Shown here: positions 1 through 16,688 of the stretch, one piece after another
Layout: each line of letters begins with the position of its first letter
Numbering within the stretch: position 1 is the stretch's first letter
NCBI GenBank assembly: GCA_964016885.1
Contig: CAXHJY010000325.1
Coordinates: 1 to 61,397 of the forward strand
DNA length: 61,397 nt
Direction of reading: 5' to 3'
Source of the DNA: Eledone cirrhosa
Taxonomy: Eukaryota
Made by a program: the position numbers and the translations under genes
The notes under the pieces: model-generated
What the model saw: the letters and a program-made list of their open reading frames with translations, nothing else
The model's database searches: none
Told to the model about the DNA's origin: nothing

Positions 1-169
1 TCCCGGACAAACCACCCACACCCGGATATGTCTCCGCAAACAGTAATTCTCTTCTCGAATGGGCCATGGTGCCCAAATCCTGAATTGAAAGACTTCGCCA
101 TGTGGTGCTATTAAGTTAGACATGGCCTGGGCCAATACTGGCCAAAACATTTCAAAGTTATTCAAAGTT
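1..169 (+). mobile_element. 3' end of a CR1-like LINE (ORF2 C-terminus, 3' UTR, TTCAAAG-repeat tail), cut by the window start
   Basis: Frame 3..83 reads [26 protein letters not shown]. Bases ~53-169 are the near-perfect reverse complement of 3567-3690, the 3' end of the RT-bearing copy. Confidence 0.8.
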
Positions 170-484
<315 letters not shown>

Positions 485-1193
485 CATCATCATCATCATC
501 ATCACCGTTTTACGTCCGTTCTTCCACGCTAGCATGGGTTAGACGGGTTGTCCTGTTGTGGGCAGTGTCTGGTCAGCTGACCATGCCTTGCTCATACAGG
601 AACTGATCTGGCTTGATTTCTACAGCTGGGTGCCCTTCCTAACATCTACCTCATTTACAGTGAGTGCTGGGTGCTTTTTCGTGGCGCCTACACGTCCACT
701 TTACAGTGTGGGCTGGGTGCTTTTTTGCCGTGGGGGGAGTGGGGGCATATTGTTTATATGCTTCAGCATGTACCCATGGGAGGTAGGGTACCCTGTATTA
801 CTGCGTGACGCCAGAAGTCACGGTCGTGTGTCATTGACTTTGAGAGGTGTAGTTGGGTAAGGTCGGCTTTTATCACCTCATCCCAAGTCATCTTGGGTCT
901 CCCCACTCCGCGGTTTCCATCAACTTCTAGTGCTCTGCACCTTTTTATGCAGCTGTCATCCTTCATACGCATCACATGTCCATACCAGCGTAACCGCCTC
1001 TCCTGCACGCAGCATTTGATTCCTCTTATGCTCAGTCTCTCTCTCAATTCCTTTATGCTTTGTCGTTCACGTATATTACTGTTACACATCCATCGGAGCA
1101 TGCAGGCTTCGTTTCTCTCTAATCTACGTAAGTCTTCCACCTTCAGCGCCCATGTCTCACTACCATGCAACATCGCTGTTCGGATACACGCAT

Positions 1194-1198
<5 letters not shown>
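485..1198 (-). mobile_element. 5'-truncated RTE-clade LINE, subfamily A (ORF C-terminus, 3' UTR, (ATG)n tail)
   Basis: Minus frame [38 protein letters not shown]...[12 protein letters not shown]...GRPKMTW matches the RTE post-RT region. Stop at 763, (CAT)n at 485-505. Nearly identical to 17500-18233. Confidence 0.9.
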
Positions 1199-1245
<47 letters not shown>

Positions 1246-1492
1246 CATATATATATACATATATACATATATACATATATATATACATATATATATACAT
1301 ATATATATACATATATATATACATATATATACATATATATATACATATATATATACATATATATATACATATATATACATATATACATATATATATACAT
1401 ATATATACATATATACATATATATACATATATACATATATATATACATATATATATACATATATATATACATATATATATACATATATATAT
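1199..1492. repeat. (TA)n/(TACA)n microsatellite
   Basis: Directly visible. Confidence 0.97.
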
Positions 1493-1838
1493 GGGAGGCA
1501 CATGGCTTAGTGGTTACAGCATTGGCCTTGCAATCGAAAGGTTGTGAGTTCAATTCTCAGACCTGGTGATGTGTTGTTTCCTTGAGCAAGACACTTTATT
1601 TCACATTGCTCCAGTTTACTCAGCTGTAGAAATGAGATGATAGGGACTGGGGTCCCTATCATTCCACTGCAAAGTGGTCGTGGAGGTGCCACGGCAAAAA
1701 AAAAAGCACCCAGCACTCACTGTAAATGAGGTTGGTGTTAGGAAGGGCATCCAGCTGTAGAAATCAAGCCAGAATCAGTTCCCGTCCCACCCTTGCAAGC
1801 AGGGAAAAAGCGGACGTAAAATGAAATGTCAATGTCAA
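1493..1838 (+). mobile_element. Full-length tRNA-derived SINE with CORE-like central domain and RTE-derived 3' tail
   Basis: A box TGGCTTAGTGG and B box GAGTTCAATTC. CORE-like segment CCTTGAGCAAGACACTTTATTTCACATTGCTCCAGTTTACTCAGCTGTAGAAATG. The 3' part matches RTE 3' UTRs in this window. Second copy at 38551-38899 (-). Confidence 0.85.
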
Positions 1839-1930
1839 ATATACATATATATATACAGATATATATACATATATATATACATATACATATATATATACAT
1901 ATATACATATATATATACATATATATATAC

Positions 1931-1962
<32 letters not shown>

Positions 1963-1994
1963 ATATACATATATATATATACATATATATATAC

Positions 1995-2025
<31 letters not shown>

Positions 2026-2404
2026 CATATATATATACATATATATATACATATATATATACATATATATATACATATATATATATATATACATATATAT
2101 ATACATATATATATACATATATATATACATATACATATATATATACATATATATATATATATACATATATATATACATATATATATACATATACATATAT
2201 ATATATACATATATATATACATATATATATACATATATACATATATATATACATATATATATACATATATATATACATATACATATACATATATATATAC
2301 ATATATATAGATATATATATACATATATATATACATATATATATACATATATATATACATATACATATATATATACATATATACATATATATACATATAT
2401 ATAC

Positions 2405-2435
<31 letters not shown>

Positions 2436-2638
2436 CATATATATATACATATATATATACATATATATATACATATATATATATATATACATATATATAT
2501 ACATATATATATACATATATATATATATACATATATATATACATATATATATATATACATATATATATACATATATATATACATATATATATACATATAT
2601 ATATATATACATATATATATACATATATATATATATAC

Positions 2639-2671
<33 letters not shown>

Positions 2672-2694
2672 CACATACATATATATATATATAC

Positions 2695-2725
<31 letters not shown>

Positions 2726-2748
2726 CACATACATATATATATATATAC

Positions 2749-2783
<35 letters not shown>

Positions 2784-2830
2784 CACATACATATATATAT
2801 ATATATATATACACATATATATATATATAC

Positions 2831-2863
<33 letters not shown>

Positions 2864-2864
2864 C

Positions 2865-2897
<33 letters not shown>

Positions 2898-2910
2898 CAT
2901 ATATATATAC

Positions 2911-2949
<39 letters not shown>

Positions 2950-2962
2950 CATATATATATAC

Positions 2963-3043
<81 letters not shown>

Positions 3044-3114
3044 CATATATATATACATATATATATATATATACATATATATATACATATATATATATAT
3101 ACATATATATATAC

Positions 3115-3151
<37 letters not shown>

Positions 3152-3206
3152 CATATATATACATATATATATATATACATATATATACATATATATATAT
3201 ATATAC

Positions 3207-3257
<51 letters not shown>

Positions 3258-3495
3258 CATATATATACATATATATATATATACATATATATACATATAT
3301 ATATATATACATATATATATACATATATATATACATATATATATATATACATATATATATACATATATATATATATATACATATATATATACATACATAT
3401 ACATACACATACATACATATATATATACATATACATACACATACATACATATATATATACATATACATACATACATACATACATACATACATACA

Positions 3496-3527
<32 letters not shown>

Positions 3528-3566
3528 CATACATACATACATATATATATATACATACATACATAT
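1839..3566. repeat. ~1.7 kb (TA)n/(TACA)n microsatellite
   Basis: Directly visible. Confidence 0.97.
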
Positions 3567-4729
3567 AACTTTGAACTTTGAATAACTTTGAAATGTTTTG
3601 GCCAGTATTGGCCCAGGCCATGTCTAACTTAATAGCACCACCTGGCGAAGTCTTTCAATTCAGGATTTGGGCACCATGGCCCATTCGAGAATTTGGGCAC
3701 CATGGCCCATTGGAGGAATTTGTCCAAAGACTTCTTGAATATTTGAGTGGTCAGTTTCTGTTTTGACGTGTCCTGGTGTGATGTTGAAGAGAGCAGGGCC
3801 GATTGAGGTGAAATAATTGTGCCGTATTGTTGTTATGAGTTGCGATTTAGATTTTTGAATGGGACGGATAGCACGGGGCCCAAGCCTTGGGTGTATCTTG
3901 AAGGCGATGCCAACATCATTTGGGCAGTGATGATGGAACATTTTCCACATCATGCAGATAATATAACGCTCACGGCGACGTTGGAGTGAGTAAAGTTTCA
4001 GGTTTTCCAATCGACCCCAGTAGTCAAGGTCTGACATGCCATCTATCTTTTTCGTGATTGCCCTTTGAGGAGCTTCAAGTTTCATGATACTTTGTTTCGT
4101 GTGGGGAGACCACAGTGGACAACAGTATTCAAGGTGTGGTCGGGCGAAAGTAGAGAAGAGAAGGATAATGGTGCGGGAATCTCTCGACTGGAAGGTTCTG
4201 AGGATCCAGGAACACATTCTGCGGGCCATGTCAACTTTGCTGCTTATATGCGTGATCCAGCTTATGTTGCTGTCCACGGTTACTCCCAAGTCTCTGATGT
4301 TGTTAGATGCCACGAGAGTTTCCCCGGAGGGAAGGGAGTACGGGAGTTTCAGAGCATCCTCTTTTCCAAAGTGGATCAGTTCGAATTTGTCCTCGTTCAG
4401 TAACATGTTCTTTTCTGCCCATTGGGTAACAGCCAGTAGGTCTGACTGAAGGCTTATCCGGTCATCCACGCCATTGATGACCTTTTGGAGCTTGGAATCA
4501 TCAGCGAAAATGTTGCTGTGTTTGATGATGTCAGTGATGTCATTAATATAGATGATGAAGAGAAGTGGGCCCAACACAGTGCCTTGTGGGACTCCACTAC
4601 TGACTTTGGCTGGGCTTGATTTGACTCCCTCAACTACAACATGTTGGGTTCTGTTTGACAGTAAGCTCTTGATCCACTGCAGCAGCTTTCCAGTGACACC
4701 AATATTGGACAGCTTTCTCAGTAGAATGT

Positions 4730-4730
<1 letters not shown>
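3567..4730 (-). mobile_element. 5'-truncated CR1-like LINE (RT C-terminal half, defective)
   Basis: Minus frame [19 protein letters not shown]...FADD...RDLGV...[14 protein letters not shown]...[10 protein letters not shown] is typical of CR1-group RT. Small deletions and a rearranged C-terminus. Tail (TTCAAAG)n at 3567-3592. Confidence 0.88.
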
Positions 4731-7977
<3,247 letters not shown>

Positions 7978-8845
7978 CTAGTTGGCCCCATGCCATAAAA
8001 AATGATGGCTTATTGTAATATCTATACATAATATAAAAAGAGATGTTTGTTTGTTGGTTGGTTGGTTTCTTCGCACTCACTCACACAAGTGATACAAACA
8101 CACAAACACACTCCTTCCTTCCTCAATTGACATAATCACCCCTTCCTTCCACGGTCATCTCTACTGTATTACGGACAAATACACAGCTATTATATTAGTA
8201 GATATATATATATATATATATATATATAATGGGGTGTTTAATTTTCAAAACCAAACTTAAGAGTTAATCTTAAGAAAATTTTGATGCTATATAAACTATG
8301 GAATATATTTCATAGCTCCACACGAAACAGTTGTGTATGAACTCCTAAATGATATGAGTTCTAACTGTTTATCAAGTAGCTTTATAAACACGCAGGTTTA
8401 ATTCATTACAGCAATTATCCAAGTGAGACAGACACTAAATGAAAGTGTAAACTTTTCAAAAGATATTTACAAACAATGTGTCTTCGTCTTCATTCACAGT
8501 ACTGAAAAGAAGCTTAGAAAAAGAAATATCTGCAGGCTGATCTCATCTAAAATGTGTGTATGTTTTATTATACATATGTGTAACAGCAGACATACATGAG
8601 TGTGTGTATGTATATATATACATATTACTATTGGTGTATTTGTGTAAATCTAAATGTGGGGATATGTGTGTGGAGTTATGTGCGTCGAAGTGAACACCAT
8701 AAGAAGAAAATAAAAATAAAGCTGCAAATATGCAATAAGTTTTGAAAAAAGAAATGGCGTTTCTAAAGATCATTTGAAGACATGTCTGCAAATTACTGTT
8801 GAAACAGAAAGTGAATAAATATCTGTGCTTTTATACATTCCTAGA

Positions 8846-8945
8846 CAGAATTTCCAGATATAGTGCATCTAGAGATTTCCAGATACATTGTATCTAGAAA
8901 TGTCTAAATACAATCTATCTTGGCTCTTCCAGATATAGGGCATAT
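8846..8945. repeat. Degenerate 25-bp minisatellite, ~4 copies
   Basis: Unit like AGAGATTTCCAGATACATTGTATCT recurs with 25-nt period. Confidence 0.6.
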
Positions 8946-9378
8946 AAGATCACAATGTCCAGTCCAAAATAGTGAGGTGCAATTAAAAGGAAAGTTGACT
9001 GAAATTTCTAGCAAGTCAAGAGACTATATAGAAGCTCCCTCATTGAACTAGTCAATTTCAAATATACAACCAGATGAATAGAGCTGGTCAGCCACATAAG
9101 AAGAAAGCCTATTATAATTGTCTATGTGTTGTTTTATAGTCCCAACTTAATTCTGATCAAGGAGACTATGACCACAGGCATTCCAGCTGTGACCATCCTG
9201 TCATTATAGAGACATATTATACTACATTATTGAATGTGTTTTATTGAAAGTGATATGGGTGTAATTATTTAAAAAAATTGACTGCTATTCCTACCAAGCC
9301 ACACATATTCATACAAACAAATACATCTATCTATTTAACTAATATATATATATATATATATTTGTTTACCTTTTACAT

Positions 9379-9411
<33 letters not shown>

Positions 9412-10115
9412 CATACATAGAGAGAGAGAGAGAAACCAGATATATTCTGTACATAATAAATATTTTATTGATTATATTGGGTTAAGCTAACTCTAATCAA
9501 CTTTATCAGCCAGAAAATATATAAAACGAAAGGAACTTAGTCTCACTGGTCAAATATGAAAACATGTTGGTATATCACTCTTACTACTTGATTTCTAGTG
9601 AATCAGAAAGTGCCGACTGTCTTCAACAACAGCAGTATGGTGCTGGTGAGAGGGGTTGTATGTGAACTCATGGATTATGAATTCAAGGCTAACACCCAAT
9701 CACCTCAGCGATTGTTACTTAGGAGCACTGGTTTACAATTTAAGTAATATATAAATAAGCCTGGATGTAATAAATATTCCAACAATTTTTTTGATGTATT
9801 TAACAACTCATGATCATTGATTTCTCACAGAAACCTTGCTTGATTCATTCATACTTCACAGCTATAAGCTAAATCTACCAACAGAATTAAGATGGAGAAT
9901 CAATAATGCATCCTGTTCTTTATCACAATGAATGGATATCATATGCTGCTGATTTAAATAGTGGCAAATCAATTGCACATATTACATTGTTATATACAAA
10001 TGACACTTGACCAATTTTACAAGTGGCAATGATTAGACTGTAGCAGCAGAGTCACAGAAGAGGAGAAAATCCAACTTGTTAAATAACAGGATATAACAAA
10101 TTCTAACACACACAC

Positions 10116-10165
<50 letters not shown>

Positions 10166-10247
10166 TATATATATATATACACATACACACACACATATAT
10201 ATATACACTGATGAATATATATTTATATATATATATAAATACATATA

Positions 10248-11620
10248 TAGATGAGATGCAGTTTGGTTTTGTGCCTGGGAAAAGTACAACAGATGGTGAG
10301 ACAATTACAAGAGAGATTCTTAGAGAAGAATAAGCCACTATACTTAGCTTTTGTTGACCTAGAGAAGGCCTTTGATAGGGTACCCCGATCTGTCATCTGG
10401 TGGTCCCTAAGGAAACTAGTTGTTGAAGAATGGCTTGTGAGGACAGTGCAAACTTTGTACAGAGATGCTGTCAGTAAAGTGAGGGTAGGAATGGAGTTTA
10501 GTGAGGAATTCCAGATACAAGTAGGAGTACATCAGGGTTCAGTCTTCAGCCCGCTCTTGTTCATTATAGTCCTCCAAGCCATAACAGAGGAGTTTAAGAC
10601 TGGCTGTCCATGGGAACTTCTCTATGTTGACAATCTGGTTATTATAGCAGAATCAGTAGAGGAGCTAGAGAATAAATTCTGGCTATGGAAACAGCAGTTG
10701 GACTGAGAGTGAACCTAGCTAAGACAAAAGTGTTGATGAGTAGAAAAGAGGACAAAACTCTGATTCCGTCAGGGAAATGGCCATGTTCGATATGCAGAAA
10801 AGGAACTGGCATAAATTCTATAAAATGCACACAATGCAGATCTTAGAGATGTAGTGGGATAGCAGGCAAACTAACAGGTAGGGAGAAATACGTATGCAGT
10901 AGATGTACAGGGAAATTAGACAATAGAAGTTGCATTGATAGACACATTTTTTAAATGCAGGTGGGTGCTATAGAAGTGGTTGATAGCTTCCGGTACCTAG
11001 AAGATCAGATTAGCATGGGAGGGGGTGCTCCACGGCCATAGTATCTAGAATAAGGACGGGTTGGAAGAAGTTTAGGGAGCTGCTTCCTCTGCTGACGAAA
11101 AAGGGTTTCTCCCTGCATATGAAAGGCTGGTTATATGATGCCTGTGTGAGGAGCGCGATGCTACATGGTAGTGAGACATGGGCAGCAACTGCAGAGGATA
11201 TGCGACAACTGGAGAGAAATGAGGCAAACATGCTCCGTTGGATGTGCAATGTCAATGTGCGTGAATATGGATGTGTTAAGAGAGAAACTGTGCCTGAGAG
11301 GGATAGATTATGTGTGCGAGAGAGGAGACTGCGATGCTATGGTCATGTGATGCGCATGGAGGAAGACCGATGGGTGAAGAAGTGCCAGGAAATGCCCGTT
11401 GAAGGAAGACGTGGTAGAGGTAAACCACGAAAAGCATGGGCGGAGGTGGTGAGAGTAGACCTCAGATCACTGAAGCTCACAGTGGAGATGACGAAGGACC
11501 TAGACAAGTGGAGAGACGGTGTGCTGAATAGGACCTAGACAAGTGGAGAGACGGTGTGCTGAATAGGACACATCCCATCCTTGAAAGCAGGGAAAAGCAG
11601 ACGTAAAATGATGATGATGA
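10248..11620 (+). mobile_element. 5'-truncated, frameshifted RTE-clade LINE, subfamily B
   Basis: Motifs DEMQFGF, LYLAFVDLEKAFDRVPR, GVHQGSVFSPLLF, ELLYVDNL (decayed YADD), LHGSETW and GRGKPRKAW. 35-bp tandem duplication at 11496-11565. Ends GACGTAAAATGATGATGATGA. Confidence 0.9.
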
Positions 11621-12330
11621 TATATATATATATATATATATGCATATAACATATTTTCTTATGTATACTAGGAGAAATTTCAAACTAAAATTTCGAAACT
11701 AAAAAAAGGGTGTGGGAGGGAGCTATTACAAATGGACTGTCATGTTTTGAAGGTTTTCAACTCAGAATACTTGCATTTCATAGAAAACTTTTCTCTTTGA
11801 TTTTCAATTTTTTTTTTTTATACAAAAGACAGTATTCTATAAAGAAATATGATTAATTTTTTTCGTGCAGCTCATTGAAAATATAGTTAAACAGAAAATT
11901 GATTAACGAAAATTACTAGAAATGCATTGTGTCAACATATATATATGTGTGTGTGTGAATATGTAGGTTATTCAGTCATTTTATTGATTACTGTGGGTGG
12001 CATTAATGTGAGCACTAAATGCTATAGCAGTGTGTATATATGAAGTTTAATATAATGAACCTTCATTCTAAAATGTTTTCAATGTGTATTGGATGTTACA
12101 TGTTTCACAAATGATTCTCAATCAAAACATGGAGGTATAAAGGTTTTGAATGAGTCCACACGTCCGAGGAGGTGAATCGACGCTGGAGTCAGGTTATCAC
12201 ATCGATGCCGATCTCCAATCAATCATCTGCGAAACATATATAGTGGTCAACACACAATAAAAACCATTTTAGACTGACTCTTTGTTACATAATGTTTATG
12301 TTTATATACACATATATATATATATATATA

Positions 12331-12684
12331 TCATCATCACCGTTTTACGTCCGTTCTTCCATGCTAGCATGGGTTAGACGGGTTGTCCTGTTGTGGGCAG
12401 TCTCTGGTCGGCTGACCATGCCTTGCTCATACAGGAACTGATTTGGCTTGATTTCTACAGCTGGATGCCCTTCCTAACACCAACCTCATTTACTGAGTGC
12501 TGGGTGCTTTTTCCGTGGCGCCTACACGTCCACTTTACAGTGTGGGCTGGGTGCTTTTTTGCTGTGGCACCTCCACGACCACCTTGCAGTGGGAGGGTGT
12601 GGGGGCATATTGTCTATATGCTTCAGCTTGTACCCATGGGAGGTCGGGTACTCTGTATTACTGCGCGACACCAGAGGTCACGGT
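12331..12684 (-). mobile_element. 3' UTR fragment of RTE subfamily A
   Basis: Reverse complement of ~17870-18215, with (CAT)n tail at 12331. Confidence 0.88.
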
Positions 12685-12780
12685 TATATATATATCTATA
12701 TATATTATACACATATCTATATACATTATACACATATCTATATATATTATACATACATATCTATATATCTATATATGCCT

Positions 12781-12862
12781 GTGTGTGTTTGAACAATAAA
12801 AACAGAAGTCAGGTTTATGTAGAGTATTACCGGACTTTTGTTTTTATTGTTCAAACATATAC
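12781..12862. repeat. 34-bp-stem / 14-nt-loop inverted repeat
   Basis: 12781-12814 pairs with 12829-12862, with three G-T pairs and one mismatch. Confidence 0.9.
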
Positions 12863-13142
12863 ATGTAACTGACACTGTAACCTGGTTGGGTTCTCTTTGA
12901 CGATACTGTAGGTGGTGATCACGTACCACAAATACTACCGGTCACACTGCCGAATCTCACTGCAAACATCCATATATATATCCCCCTCTGTTTTGTTCCC
13001 GTATAAATTTGCACTATATATATATATATATATATATATCCAGGGAGTGTAACGTGGAACTACTGTATGTTCACCAAGGTGAGCACTCGATGTTTAGATT
13101 CACGTCTGTAGCGAGGTGTAGAGCTAAACAGAGTGTAAATAA

Positions 13143-13348
13143 AATAATACAAGGATGATTTGTTATGTCTTCATTACGTTTATTGATTGGTGACATGCAT
13201 TTCACTATTGATCAGCTCAAGGTTTGATCTGTATCGATGTGACCCAACTCTGGAATCAAAAGCTCGTCGGACCTCTGCTGTGGTAGCGAAACGTGCATCA
13301 CCAATCAATAAACGTAATGAAGACATAACAAATCGTCCTTGTATTATT
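13143..13348. repeat. ~65-bp inverted repeat with 76-nt spacer
   Basis: 13143-13207 pairs with 13284-13348; the outer ~50 bp are almost perfect. Confidence 0.9.
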
Positions 13349-13360
13349 ATATATATATAT

Positions 13361-13552
13361 GGCGGTGGATTGGCAGTATCGGTAGAGGCTCAGACACAAT
13401 GCTTTGATGCATAGAGTTACGGCCCTTGCCATTCTGAATTCAAATCCCACCGCGGTTAACTTTGCCTTTCATCCTTACGGGGTCGATAAAATAAAGTACC
13501 AGTAATGCACTGGGATAATTTTGCTGGCCTTGTGCGAAAAGTAGAAACAATT
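13361..13552 (+). mobile_element. tRNA-derived SINE with Meta-like central domain
   Basis: A-box-like TGGCAGTATCGG, B box GAATTCAAATCC, and Meta-like TTTGCCTTTCATCCTTACGGGGTCGATAAAATAAAGTACCAG. Further copies at 30810 and 52821. Confidence 0.75.
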
Positions 13553-16500
13553 ATATATATATATATATATGTGTGTGTGAAGAGAGAAAGAGAGAGAGAC
13601 AACATACATATATGCACACACATGATGTGCTCCTGCAGCTTCATCTACCAAATTCCACTCAAAAACGTATAGGTCAACCTGGGTCTATAGCAGAAATTCT
13701 CTAAGTATTCAATGGATAGTTAAAGTTTGCCTTCCTAACCTGCATTTTGTGTCATAGCTCTCTAGCACCTAAGTGATGCTTAAAAGTATTTCTCAGAATA
13801 CTGAATGCATCCTTTTCTCCTTTTCTCAATATTGGTTATAGAACTGGAATCTGACTGCAGAATTTTGTGCACAATTCTATGTATTTTATTTATTTAAACA
13901 CTCATCAGCTGTTTCTTCTGTACTCTAAATATTTCCTTCCACATCACCAAAGCTTCTCTTTTTCTTGTTTTGCTTCCTTTTTCTTTTGTATATTCCTATT
14001 TCTACATCATGTAAACCTAAATACACCCCTCTTTTGTACCTCTTTCTCTCCCCATTATTTGCAAAGTGTTGTTAAAATGTATTTTGCAGGAGAATGAGGA
14101 CTATCAGAAATATGATGAATGGAAAATGAACTTGAATATATCCATGATAGGATCTTATATACCTTTTAACTTTATTTATATTGAATTTTATCTTAGCAAC
14201 CACCAATTGCTTTCCCTATACTGTCAATAAATATCTATCTCATTGTTTCTTTTTTATTATTTCTTTCCTTTGTTATTCAACACTTCTTTCTCTCTCCTTT
14301 CACATAGCTACTTTATTATATGCCTTCCTTTTATAGTTTCACACTCCTCTCTCAGAAACACCTCTCCATTTCTATTACTATTCAACATAATACAAATTCC
14401 AATTTATACTTTTCCCCTGATCTTTTTCTATCTACATTTCAGTCAGCTTTGCTCATTCTTATTTGTTTTTACACTCCCTTCTAATAAATGCTACTTTCCT
14501 TCATAAACTTTTAGGTATCCAATTCACTTGTTTATTGCATTTCGATACGTCATTACCCTAGCTTTCCCTATGTCTTCCGTGTCTTGCTCATACAGAACTG
14601 TTTCTGGATGCCCTTCCTAATACCAACCACTTAGTGTGTGCTGGGTGCTTTTTTTGTCATGAAACCTACAAAACTACATTTCTATTTAATAAAAGGAAGG
14701 GTGTTCAATACGTGTGTCTGTGTGTGTGTGCGCGCGTCTGCGTGCGTACTCGATATATATTCTACATACATGCACAAAAAAAAAACATGCACCAATTTCT
14801 ATTCCATGGTACAATTAGTGAAATACCTATGTTATCATCACAGTATGTCAAATTGAACTTTAAGGTTGATGATGACTTTTGTTTCATTTAGTTTCACAAA
14901 CTGTATCCGACATGAACATAGTAACAGAAAAATCTGGTCGTTGAGTTAATATCTGGTCTTTGAACTGTGACTGGCTGGCAATATCTGTGTCAGATGTATG
15001 TGCTCTGTGTGTATGGGCAATGTTTGTTTCGTGATGCTATGGATGCACTGGATGGTGTCAGCTCAGCCCATTCTGGGTGAATGTTGACAAATACAAGAGC
15101 AAGGATATAGAATCCAAAGAATCTGGTAATGCTGAGTCAGTTAAGACAAATAGTTCAGTGGAATATATTTTATGCCACAAGGAAAAAGAGAAAGATAACA
15201 TTTCAATGCTTGTCTTTCTTCAGAAAGAGAGTGAAAGAAAAAAAGTTAAATGTCTTATCACTAAGCTGCAAAACTGTGAAAGAGAAACATGAAAGATGCG
15301 GGGAAGTGATTGATGCCAAGGGATGAAAGCACATGAAATGACTATACTCTAACAGCACCCACCAACCCTGATTACAAAAGTCTTTGTTATTATATCATAA
15401 AACAACAATATGAATCTCTTAGTATTTTTTGTTTTTGTTGTTGTTTAAAGTAGCAAGTGAAAGCAGGAGATATTAAATAAAAGAATAAAACATTATTTGA
15501 TAATTCGCATTCTCATATTCTGCATTATCTAAAGACTAATAATATATTGTAAAAAGCAATCCATTTACCGACTTCTGCTTTTCGCACTTAGAGATATGTT
15601 TGCTTACACTGTAGTAAAAATATACAATCGATTCATTCAATTAATAACTATCAATGAAGTTGTTGCAGTGCCTTCCATTGCAACACAAGTGGTGAGACTA
15701 TAAATCAGCAGGATAAAAAGCAACACATTACATTTCTCTTAATTGCTTCCTTGCAAACATCAGAAATATATGGTGTTATTGCAAGCTGTAGTGTTGTTGC
15801 TACTGCTACTACTGTTAGTAGTGATACAACTACTACTGCTGCTAGTGTCTGTTGTAGGCTGCTAGGAGCAAGTCGAGAAGTGAACAAAAAATATATATCA
15901 CCAATAAAATCAAAATTAAAAATCTTTTCATGTTTGCAACATACTTTTTAGAAATGTATCACTTAACTATAATTCCACCCTCACCCCCACCCCATTACTG
16001 TCATCCATAATTATCAATTAAGGAGTATTTACAATGTTATGGCTTATGTATGGCTCACAGCTGTCACATCTTTTTTCATTAGATACCATTTGTGGCCTTG
16101 TGTTTCTGTATTAAAAATCTATAACCCAATTTTCAAATAATTATGAAAAATAATCTAGAATTTGGGGTATTTAATAGATTAAAAAAAATGTTCATTATTG
16201 AGCTGGTGTTTGGAGCATAACTTAGATGTTCTGACAAAGTTTTGATGGAAATTTTTTTTTTTTTGTAGATAAATAACACTTTAAAACAAGCAGTTTTGTA
16301 TTATAGAATAAAGGGCAATTTCAGGCAGTTTAGTATCAAAAGGGGTTAACTAGTAAAATAATGGATTGGCAATATTGTTACAGCATTGGACAAAATGCCA
16401 AGGGTATATTTAATAACGCATGATATGAGTACAAAACCCATCTGTTAGGATGGAAAGTTGATAAAATAAAATAACCTGTCAAGTACTGGGTCAATTTAAC

Positions 16501-16580
16501 ATTTCTATTGGAATTATAGTAGATGAAAATTATTATTACTAATTACTACAATCTCAACATAAAAATTAGTATTAATGACA

Positions 16581-16688
16581 GCTAAAAGTAAGCCACTAGC
16601 TAAAAGTAAGCCACGAGCTAAAAGTAAGCCACGAGCTAAAAGTAAGCCACGAGCTAAAAGTAAGCCACGAGCTAAAAGTAAGCCACTC
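16581..16688 (+). repeat. 6 x 18-bp tandem repeat at the LINE 5' junction
   Basis: GCTAAAAGTAAGCCACGA-type unit, six copies, translating as AKSKP(L/R). Confidence 0.95.

Noticed and set aside
1493-1575. tRNA gene
   Set aside because: The A/B boxes belong to a SINE head running into CORE-like and LINE-derived sequence; no complete cloverleaf
8290-8340. Penelope-type hammerhead remnant (TTGATG...CTATGGAA/TTTCATAG...CGAAACAG)
   Set aside because: Catalytic CTGANGA absent and spacing wrong; too degenerate to call
9599-9645. Possible 47-nt plus-strand exon (ESESADCLQQQQYGA)
   Set aside because: Isolated AG/GT pair with no partner exons or recognisable homology
15077-15292. 71-aa lysine/glutamate-rich ORF
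   Set aside because: Non-ATG start, no motif, compatible with chance in A-rich DNA
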